A stretch of 64,000 nucleotides of DNA, taken from contig OZ024741.1 of assembly GCA_964016885.1 (NCBI GenBank), positions 50,344,001 through 50,408,000 on the forward strand, in the 5' to 3' direction. The stretch comes from Eledone cirrhosa (lineage: Eukaryota). Positions 56,082 to 64,000 of the stretch are shown piece by piece. Both the position numbers and the translations under genes were made by a program. Every line of letters begins with the position of its first letter. Within the stretch, counting starts at the first letter, position 1. The notes beneath the pieces are model-generated. The model had not been told where the DNA came from. It worked only from the letters and a program-made list of their open reading frames with translations, and searched no databases.

Positions 56082-56930
56082 ATATCTTTAATGTTTCCTT
56101 AATGTGAGCGATGTGTGGCTAATGAGTGTATAAAATAACATAGTAATTCAAACATTTTCTGAATGAACACTCAATACGTGTCGTTAGAGTGTAAATTGTA
56201 TTTTCTAAGTGGAAAGGTGGCAGCGACTTCGAAGATTCAACTCGGTTGCTTCTTCTGTGTAGCCATATATGTGAGTGTAGCGAGAGAGATCGGGGGCAAG
56301 AAAGAGAGATAGCCATTACACCTACATTTCGTTAGATCACTACAAGAGACTGACAGTGGATGGTTTGTGTCGGTGTGTGTATGTACGTTTATACAAATAC
56401 ACGCACATATATACATGAATATTAGACACAATTACATATATAATATAAAACAACGAAAATAACTTAGGAACTCAACACTTGACATAAGGTTAAATATATT
56501 TACTGAAATCTGGCTTTTCAAAACGACAGAAAAGCCAGATTTCGCGAAACTTCGAAGTTATTGCCTCTATTTAATACATATCTACATAATCACATACAGC
56601 GAAAACCTAATGTAGCCTCAAATCGATTTCTCGATTTGCTAGAAAAAGCATTCAAATATCCTTCAAACGACATCGGCTGTCATAAAAAGGTGGACAAGAC
56701 ATTAGATAGAGTGGGGCACGGTTGGAATGTATTTGATCGTGGGACTAAACAGCAAGAACACGTTCTAACGTACAAACACCACCAGTACTACCACCCAGAC
56801 ACATGCACGAACAGCAGGTAATACACAGTATAGTTACAAGTTGTATTCTGTATCATAGCAATACATAAATCTAAATATATTTAAAGAAAAAAGATCGGAA
56901 GTACGTTTCAAATAAACTTTATAAGTGTGT
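54440..56930. promoter_or_regulatory. CpG-retaining non-coding region, candidate unmethylated promoter/5'UTR
   Basis: CpG is visibly more frequent than in non-TE DNA to the left. Minus-strand GTAAGTA donor at 55035-55029. Judged by eye only. Confidence 0.3.
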
Positions 56931-56933
56931 ACG

Positions 56934-56970
56934 TATATAGATCTATCTATCATATATAGATCTATCTATC

Positions 56971-57015
<45 letters not shown>

Positions 57016-57374
57016 TATATATAGATATATATATATAGATATATATATAGATATATATATAGATATATATAAAAATATATATATATATAGATATATATAA
57101 AAATATATATATATATAGATATATATATATATATATATAGATATATATATATATATATAGATATATATAGATATAAAGATATGGATAGATAGATAGATAG
57201 ATATATATATATATATAGATATATATATAGATATATAGATAGATAGATATATATATATAGATATATATATATATATAGATATATATATAGATATATAGAT
57301 ATATATATAGATATATATATATATATATATATAGATATATATAGATATATATATATATATATATATATAGATAG
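56934..57374. repeat. ~440 bp (TA)n/(TAGA)n microsatellite at the LINE 3' end
   Basis: Directly visible. Confidence 0.95.
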
Positions 57375-57590
57375 ATTTCTTTATTTACCATAAAGGCATA
57401 AAAAGAAGGGACAAATACAAAGGGGGAGTTTACATATAATCGAGTAAAAAGGGTGTAACATGAAAATAATCGAAAATAACCTCAAAAGGGAGGGGACGTG
57501 ATGGGGGTTGCACACACCCCCGAAAAAGTGTGCAATCCTTTGCCCGGGGAGCACATGGAGAAGGTGCCCCCCTCTCCTTTACTTCTTTAC

Positions 57591-60500
57591 CTACAGGATG
57601 GTATACAGAGAAGGCCCATTTACACGAGCCATTCTCGCCACTATCACCCACCTTTCATAAAACTGCCTGTGGCCAAGCACCTCTCTCTCCATTCTTATCC
57701 TTCTTCCGAAGTGATATCGGAAGAAGTAGACCAGACTATGGCCAGAGAGGAAGTTGCCTGACCTCAGACCTTTCAATCGTGTCCACCAAACAACCTCTTT
57801 CAACATGGCTATTACGCACAGAAAAACCGCCTTTGCTTCCTTTGTGAAGAGGGGAGGCGGTTTGATTGTCATCACGGACTCGGCTGTCAATTTAATCGGC
57901 GCCACCCGCGACAGCAGTTGTTCGGCGTAGCCCCACAGATCAGCCACGCCCGGACATTGCACCAATGCGTGCGCCACGGTTTCTTCGTGACGCACGCATC
58001 TAGGGCAAATCTTTTTTGAGGGATCCCTGCCCGGGCGCCCGTGTCTGTAGAGCCTCTCTCGAACGGGTAGAGCCCCTCGGTAGCACTGCCAGGCCAGTGA
58101 CTTCTGGAAGTTGTCCATTGGTCCTGGGCCGAAAGTCCTACCGAACAGGCTGGCCAGTTCGTCTTCTTCCATGTCCAGCGACTCTCCAAGGGTGTCATCG
58201 CCCCTGCTAGCCACCAGCCCTCTATAGAATGATGAGGTGGATTCTCCACCGATGGCCCGGCCCGCTTGCCAGAGAGCCCTGAGCGCCTGAGCACACTCAG
58301 TGTGCCAGTCTCCCAGTTTTCCGGATCTTTGCTTGACCCAGGACTGTAGCTCGGTGAGTGAGACGAGTCTCGGAAAGGCTCGTTTCACGAACGGAGCCCA
58401 CACCGGTTGACCAGTGAGGAATACCTGTAGGTGCCGTAGCCTTAATGCGTGCCTACGCATCATCAACCACGGCATCCCCAGCCCTCCTTTCGAAGGTTGT
58501 TGGCAGCAGATGGATCTTCTCACCATAGGAGGACGCTTCTTCCAAAGAAATTGGAAGAGCATGCGTTCCATGGTGGTGAGTGTTTCCTTAGGGCAAGGCA
58601 CGACAGTCAGGCGGTAGTAAGTGACGGACGCTATGTAAATGTTCGCCACCTCCGCCCGGCCTTTTAGGGACAGCTTACACTTGGCCCATTTCTGGGTTAG
58701 TGCAAACACCTTGTTCGTAACCTCGTTCCAGTTCTTTTCCACCTGGAGGTCCGGTCCAAACCAGACCCCAAGCAACTTTACCGGGCCCTCCGTCCAGTGT
58801 CCGACGACACCATCGGGAGGCATCGGTCTGCCTCTCCACGTTCCGAGTTGCAGCCCGATGGATTTTTCCCGGTTCAGTTTCGCTCCTGACAACCTTTCGT
58901 ACTCCTCCAGTAAGGTACCGATCGCCTCGATCTCCGAGTCGGTTGATACCATTACTGTTACGTCATCGGCGTAGGCCGACACCGCTTTGCTCAATCCTGG
59001 TTCCAGGGGGATACCCTGCAACAACTCCAACTTCCTCAGTAAAGGCTCGAGAGTCAATACGTACAGAAGGGAGGAGAGAGGGCACCCCTGTCGAATGGAT
59101 CGTGTGATTTCGAACGGCTTCGAAAGGTAGCCGTTCACCTTGATCCTAGAACAGATGTGGTTGCTATGTAGGGCAGTGATCCAGCCTCTGAAAACAGGAC
59201 CGAACCCAGCCGCCGCTAGCACCGCATCCAGGTAACCATGGTCGACCCTATCGAAGGCCTTAGACTGATCCAAGTTGATCAGGGCCCCACCGAAGCCGGG
59301 TTTGTTGCCAACCCTCTCTATGATGTATCGCATGAGGTGGAGGTTATCGTGAATGGACCTGGATGGGATAGCACATGTCTGCGCATCTCCCACCAGGCCA
59401 CCCACGACAAGCGCCAACCTCTTTGCTAACACCTTGGCCAAAATCTTTAACTCTGTGTTTAGCAGGGTTATGGGCCGAAAATTATTTATACTATCCCCCT
59501 TGTTCTCGTCCTTCCTCACCAGCGTGACTACGCCCTTGGCTACAGAACAAGGAATTCTCCCGTTCTGCTGCCAATTGCAGTAGACCGCTTCGAGGAGTTC
59601 GGAGAAGAAGACCGGCATTGCTAAATAAAGTTCGTAAGGTATACCATCGAGACCTGGAGATTTGCGTCTGCTGCATTGGCTCAGCGCATCTCCGATCTCA
59701 TCAGCCGAGATTGGTCCCTCGCAGGACTCCGCCTCTTTGTTCGAGAGACGCGGCAGGCCGTCGAGGTATGGACCGAAATCCACGCCCCGGCCCGGACCCT
59801 CGCCTCCCCCGAACAATCGGGCAAAGTGCTTTTGAAAGGCCTCGCACATCTGCTTAGGCTCCCGGATCACTCGTCCATCTTCGTCTTGCAACGACCGGAT
59901 GGTGGATCGATTTCCACTTTTAGCTTCTGTCACGCGGGCCCATCCAACGGCTTTGGCCCCCTCATTACCTAGAGCACGTATTTTACTTCGAATGACGCAG
60001 CCTTCATGCTTTGCATCGAAAAACTGGTTCAAGGCCGTCCTCGATGCCAGCACTCTGGCCACATCTTCGCTCTTGATTGCCTCTTCTAATTTACCTGTTA
60101 ATTCTTTCTCGTTTCTATTCCTATTGGCAGCTAACATCTTGCTATAACTTATTGATTCTGTTCTAATCTCTCTTTTGAGAGATGCCCACCATCGGTTGTT
60201 GACGATTGCACCCGTCAACCTCTCCTTAACTAATCTGCTAATCCGGTTTCTGTAAGTCTCTTTTGCCGGTAAAGACAAATTAAGTTTCCAGTAACCGGGA
60301 CCCTGTCTATGTGTTTTCTCGAGATTGACCACGCAGGTCACTAATTTGTGATCCGTGTAGCCAACCGTGCGCATTTCTGGACAGCTTAATATGTCCCTAT
60401 CCTTACTTCTAACTAAGAATCTATCTAAGTACGATCTAGATTGACCACTGTGGTTTCTCCAAGTCCAGGTAGGCACAGTTGGAAAATCTAGTCGATATCT

Positions 60501-61028
60501 ATCGACCAAGTTAAAACGGTCGAGTAACCCCTTGAGGCTGTTACACCCCCCTCTATTAGGACATGCTCCTGCATAGTCCCAACGTGCATCTAGGATGTCA
60601 TTCCAATCCCCCGCTAGAAGCAGGGAACGCGACGTTCCCAGAAAAGTCTCCAAACGCTGGAAGAAGTCGGGCCGTTCAGCTCCGAAAGGGGAGTAGACGG
60701 CGACCAGTCTCAAGGCCGCACTTTCACTACTGCCAACGTCTAGCACCAACAAACGACCCTCCGGGTCCGAGTGCACAACCTGTACGGCAAGACCCAGGTG
60801 TTTTTGCATCAGCACGACAACCCCACCCCCACCTCCAGGTTGACAGAGAGATGCATGCACCTCAAAGTCATCGAAGGTGGGGGCCAGCTGCCGCATGACG
60901 CTGATTCGAGTCTCACAGATAACCATTACATTTATACTACATGACCTGAGGTCATTTAGAAGCTTTGCTTGCTTCCAAGTTGAGCCCAGGCCACGTGCAT
61001 TCAAACATCCTACTCTTAACACATCCAT
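57591..61028 (-). CDS. LINE ORF2, 1145 aa: APE-like endonuclease + reverse transcriptase + C-terminal CCHC-type zinc motif
   Basis: EN motifs CLNARGL, ICETR, AVYSP, AGDWN, YLDR, TDH. RT motifs KSPGLDG, NFRPITLLN, LDQSKAFDRVDH, RQGCPLS, YADD. C-terminal CPRC..ETVAHALVQC. No stops or frameshifts. Confidence 0.95.
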   Translation of the reverse strand: MDVLRVGCLNARGLGSTWKQAKLLNDLRSCSINVMVICETRISVMRQLAPTFDDFEVHASLCQPGGGGGVVVLMQKHLGLAVQVVHSDPEGRLLVLDVGSSESAALRLVAVYSPFGAERPDFFQRLETFLGTSRSLLLAGDWNDILDARWDYAGACPNRGGCNSLKGLLDRFNLVDRYRLDFPTVPTWTWRNHSGQSRSYLDRFLVRSKDRDILSCPEMRTVGYTDHKLVTCVVNLEKTHRQGPGYWKLNLSLPAKETYRNRISRLVKERLTGAIVNNRWWASLKREIRTESISYSKMLAANRNRNEKELTGKLEEAIKSEDVARVLASRTALNQFFDAKHEGCVIRSKIRALGNEGAKAVGWARVTEAKSGNRSTIRSLQDEDGRVIREPKQMCEAFQKHFARLFGGGEGPGRGVDFGPYLDGLPRLSNKEAESCEGPISADEIGDALSQCSRRKSPGLDGIPYELYLAMPVFFSELLEAVYCNWQQNGRIPCSVAKGVVTLVRKDENKGDSINNFRPITLLNTELKILAKVLAKRLALVVGGLVGDAQTCAIPSRSIHDNLHLMRYIIERVGNKPGFGGALINLDQSKAFDRVDHGYLDAVLAAAGFGPVFRGWITALHSNHICSRIKVNGYLSKPFEITRSIRQGCPLSSLLYVLTLEPLLRKLELLQGIPLEPGLSKAVSAYADDVTVMVSTDSEIEAIGTLLEEYERLSGAKLNREKSIGLQLGTWRGRPMPPDGVVGHWTEGPVKLLGVWFGPDLQVEKNWNEVTNKVFALTQKWAKCKLSLKGRAEVANIYIASVTYYRLTVVPCPKETLTTMERMLFQFLWKKRPPMVRRSICCQQPSKGGLGMPWLMMRRHALRLRHLQVFLTGQPVWAPFVKRAFPRLVSLTELQSWVKQRSGKLGDWHTECAQALRALWQAGRAIGGESTSSFYRGLVASRGDDTLGESLDMEEDELASLFGRTFGPGPMDNFQKSLAWQCYRGALPVRERLYRHGRPGRDPSKKICPRCVRHEETVAHALVQCPGVADLWGYAEQLLSRVAPIKLTAESVMTIKPPPLFTKEAKAVFLCVIAMLKEVVWWTRLKGLRSGNFLSGHSLVYFFRYHFGRRIRMEREVLGHRQFYERWVIVARMARVNGPSLYTIL

Positions 61029-61061
61029 GTGGGCGGCAGAGCCAAAGGAGAGTGTAGAGAC

Positions 61062-62939
61062 CTACCTTTCCGCTTCCCGGGGTTCGGGTTGCACGACTTC
61101 CATGGGGTCGGGGGTGTTGGGTGAAGGGGTGTCTTGTGGTGGTGTGGGGTCGTCGGTGTGTGGTGGGGTTGGGGTGTTTGGAGTTGTGTTGGGGAGGGGA
61201 AGGGGAGGGGGAAAGCTTTTTAGTAGGACGCGGTTTATGGGTTTGACAGAGGGTGGTCCTACGTCCTCCTTAAAATCCTTTTTTAGTTTTTGGTAGAGGT
61301 TCATTGGGATTTTTATTAGTTTTAAATGTGGGTGGTTTTCTGATGAAACAAAGTTTACACCTTCGGTTTGTACCGAAGGATTATTGTATATGAGTTCATT
61401 TAATTTATTATTGTTTCTGTTGATGTAAGTATAGTGTAATGTCTTTTTTTCCGATGGTGTGAGTGTTTCGAAGAGGGGAGGGGCAGGTTTGGTTTTGTTT
61501 GTTGCTGGAGGGGTGTTTTCTGTTTTGTTAGATTGTGTTGCGATTTGGGTGGGGGTTGTTTGTCCTTGTGTGTTTTGCACATGTTTTCTTTTTTTCCTTT
61601 TAATCTGTCTGAAGGACTCCGTTTCTTCCTCCGAATTCGTTGGGTTATCTTCAGTGTTGGAGGGAAGAGGTATGTTTGCTGGTAATGTTTCCGTGTTGGT
61701 TTTCTTTGTGGGGGAGATGGATGTCACTATGTTAGACTGTGTTGTGTGTTGTGTCTGCGGTGGTTGTGTTGTTTTATTGAGTGAGAGGTTGGGTGGGCCT
61801 GTATTTTGTTTTGGGGTAATGTGTTGTGACTGTTTGTGTTGTGGTGGTGTTGTGGTGTTACTGAGGGACGGGTTGGGTGGGACTGAGTTTTGTTGTTTGT
61901 TTATCTGTTGTGGTGGTGGTGGTGGAGCTGGTGTTGGTAGCAGGGTTTTCTTTTTGTTGAGTTGGGGACAAGCGGCCTTCAGGTGCCCTCTGCCTGCACA
62001 GATATGGCAGGACGGCCTTCTCCCCTCCACGCTAATGTTTATATACCCGTGGTCCTCTAATAGGATTCTGTCGGGTATTTGGGCGATGCGTTCAGGCTTC
62101 ATTTGTACTACCAGCTCTATACCTGTTCCACTGAACGCATTGCCTGTGGTTTTCCCAATGGAAATCACGTTGTCATTCACTGGATCGATGAAGCCAGCTA
62201 TGAGCCAGCAGTAGTCCACATCTGGCATCATTGCATCCAGCCATATGCGTTGAGTTTTTTTTCCCATATAAGATGGATAAAAGGTGAAATTTTTCGAACG
62301 AATCGGTGACAAAGCACATTTTTTTGCCGCCGATTCGTTCTTCATGATAATTGCTAGGCTTCCATACAGTCTGTCTTTTCTTATGAAAGTTGTTTCATTC
62401 AGTACTTCTGCGAGTACTGTTTTGATATCTGCTTGAGAAGGCTGTTCAGGTTTTTTTGTACTGTTGTTGATGGTCCGAAACTTGACCGTTCGGCTTTCAA
62501 TGTCTTTCGTGAATTCTTGAGGCATTTTTACCAATAAAATACCATTCTCACCTTCACTTATGTATTGTTTTGCGTCCGTGATCCTTCGTACCACATCTGA
62601 AATGTTTTCCGCTATATAAGTCAAAGATTTCTTTGTTTTCTGTGCAAATGAAATCTTGTCGTCTGCTTTGTTTTCTGATGTTATGTTATTTTCAACTGTT
62701 ATTTTTTTGTTTGTTGTGTCTTTGTTTGTGTTATTAGTATTGTCATGCAATTTTTCAAATTTTTTTTCTTCGTTGTTTTCGACATTTAATTTTTCCTCCG
62801 CAGATTCGTCCGTTTTTATTTTCATTTTTCCTTCCTTCTCTATGACGTTAGTTGGGAAGGAAGGGAGGACTAAAGCGTGCGAGCTTACAACTCTTACCGC
62901 TGTCCCCCCACCACTATTTTCGTTCGCTGCGTTTAACAT
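61062..62939 (-). CDS. LINE ORF1, 625 aa: gag-like nucleic-acid chaperone with one CCHC zinc knuckle
   Basis: Long ORF directly upstream of ORF2. Contains CHICAGRGHLKAAC (CX2CX4HX4C) after a globular, probably RRM-like region, then a Pro/Thr/Gln-rich tail with a basic KRKKRK patch. Confidence 0.85.
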   Translation of the reverse strand: MLNAANENSGGGTAVRVVSSHALVLPSFPTNVIEKEGKMKIKTDESAEEKLNVENNEEKKFEKLHDNTNNTNKDTTNKKITVENNITSENKADDKISFAQKTKKSLTYIAENISDVVRRITDAKQYISEGENGILLVKMPQEFTKDIESRTVKFRTINNSTKKPEQPSQADIKTVLAEVLNETTFIRKDRLYGSLAIIMKNESAAKKCALSPIRSKNFTFYPSYMGKKTQRIWLDAMMPDVDYCWLIAGFIDPVNDNVISIGKTTGNAFSGTGIELVVQMKPERIAQIPDRILLEDHGYINISVEGRRPSCHICAGRGHLKAACPQLNKKKTLLPTPAPPPPPQQINKQQNSVPPNPSLSNTTTPPQHKQSQHITPKQNTGPPNLSLNKTTQPPQTQHTTQSNIVTSISPTKKTNTETLPANIPLPSNTEDNPTNSEEETESFRQIKRKKRKHVQNTQGQTTPTQIATQSNKTENTPPATNKTKPAPPLFETLTPSEKKTLHYTYINRNNNKLNELIYNNPSVQTEGVNFVSSENHPHLKLIKIPMNLYQKLKKDFKEDVGPPSVKPINRVLLKSFPPPLPLPNTTPNTPTPPHTDDPTPPQDTPSPNTPDPMEVVQPEPREAER

Positions 62940-63170
62940 TTCTGTTAGACGATTGAAATTTTTTACACAAAATTTTTTTTAAAACAGGTTTTTCACCTCT
63001 AGGAGGGGTAAAGTTGAGCTGACCCACCGCCTGACAGTTCAGACGGAGGGTCAAGCTACACAATTGTATCAAAATTAAGTTTGAACTCACAAAATTTCCT
63101 CAATAAATTTGAACAAAACTTCTGTGCGAAGTGAATGACATCCACACTGTAGAACAGACGACAGCTAGAT

Positions 63171-63197
63171 TAATATATATATAGATAGATAGATATA

Positions 63198-63228
<31 letters not shown>

Positions 63229-63255
63229 CTATATAGATATATATATATAGATATG
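63171..63255. repeat. (TA)n/(TAGA)n spacer between the two Tx1-like LINEs
   Basis: Directly visible. Confidence 0.95.
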
Positions 63256-64000
63256 TTTCTTTTATTTGCCACAAGGGCATCAAAAGTGGGACAAGTACAA
63301 TGGGGGGAGTTTACAAAACAAGGCGTCCTCAATAGGGAGGAGGCAATAACAATATATAAAAATAAAATAAAATATAACAAAAAATAGAATTATAACAAAA
63401 TCCTCAATAGAGGATTTTGTTATAAAATATAACAAAAAATAAAATTTATAACAAAATCCTCAATAGAGAGGAGGCGCCTTGGGGGGTCGCACACACCCCC
63501 GAAAAAAGTGTGCAACCCTTTTCCTCAGGAGCACAGAGAGGGGGTGCTCACTCGTTCCTTCCTCTTTTCCACCTACAGGCTCATGTAAAGGGAAGGCCCA
63601 TTCACATGGGCCATTCTCGCCACTTTCACCCACCTTTCATAAAAACGACTGGGGTGCAGCACCTCTCTCTCCATCCTGATCCTTCTTCCGAAATATCGGA
63701 AGAAACGGACCAGTTGTTGGCCAGAGAGAAAGGTGCCTGACCTCAGTCCTTTCAGACGCGTCCACCATACAACCTCTTTCGCCATGGCTATTACGCACAG
63801 AAACACCGCCTCTGCTTCATCTTTGAAGGGGGGAGGCGGCTTGATCATTACAATAGACTCGGTGGTCAACCGGATCGGTCCCACCCTTGACAGCAGTTGT
63901 TCGACATAGCCCCACAGATCGGCTACGCCCGAGCAGTGTACCAATGCGTGTGCAACGGTTTCCTCGTCGCACACGCATCTGGGACAGATCTTTTTGGCGG
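63256..64000 (-). mobile_element. 3' end of a second, diverged Tx1/L1-type LINE (runs off the window)
   Basis: ORF 63573..63974 aligns by eye with the ORF2 C-terminus of the full element (ETVAHALV.C.GVADLWGY...KEVVWWTRLKGLRSG...VNGPSLY). Homologous 3'UTR with AATAAA, ending in a TA/TCTA tract. Confidence 0.92.

Larger units (their letters stand above)
57375..63170 (-). mobile_element. Full-length Tx1/L1-type non-LTR retrotransposon (5'UTR, ORF1, ORF2, 3'UTR with AATAAA)
   Basis: Two long uninterrupted ORFs 33 bp apart. The 3' end reads ...GGTAAATAAAGAAA and runs into (TA/TCTA)n. The 5' end abuts another TA/TCTA tract at ~63170. Confidence 0.93.

Noticed and set aside
57500-57535. H-type pseudoknot in the LINE 3'UTR
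   Set aside because: A zero-length loop 3 cannot span the 8 bp stem; treated as alternative hairpins instead.
57887-62982. Overlapping antisense and alternative-frame ORFs within the LINE (e.g. 61459..62214)
   Set aside because: Expected shadows of long biased coding sequence; no recognisable motifs.

Overview
Eukaryotic, AT-rich, repeat-saturated genomic DNA. The SINE/LINE/microsatellite repertoire looks molluscan, most like an octopus genome (inference only). I could not support any host protein-coding exon, and nearly all short ORFs in the track are microsatellite or antisense artefacts. Coding content is transposon-derived: (1) an apparently intact ~5.8 kb Tx1/L1-type LINE on the minus strand (ORF1 with a CCHC knuckle; ORF2 with APE endonuclease, RT and a C-terminal Zn motif), embedded in TA-rich microsatellite and lying head-to-tail with a second, diverged copy; (2) a 5'-truncated, frameshifted RTE LINE with a C4HC3 PHD-like insert after the RT, plus many relics; (3) an internally deleted mariner with ~103 bp TIRs, interrupted by a SINE; (4) CR1, Tc1/mariner and CRE-like relics, tRNA-derived SINEs and MITEs. 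The most striking non-coding signal is a set of short, (TA)n-flanked, often fold-back islands carrying type I hammerhead ribozyme cores (CUGANGA...GAAA...NUH), one of them near-canonical (52504-52548, minus strand). They resemble Penelope-like pLTR or retrozyme relics. A rise in CpG density beyond ~54.4 kb may mark a promoter region. Coordinates of degenerate relics are approximate and were read by eye.
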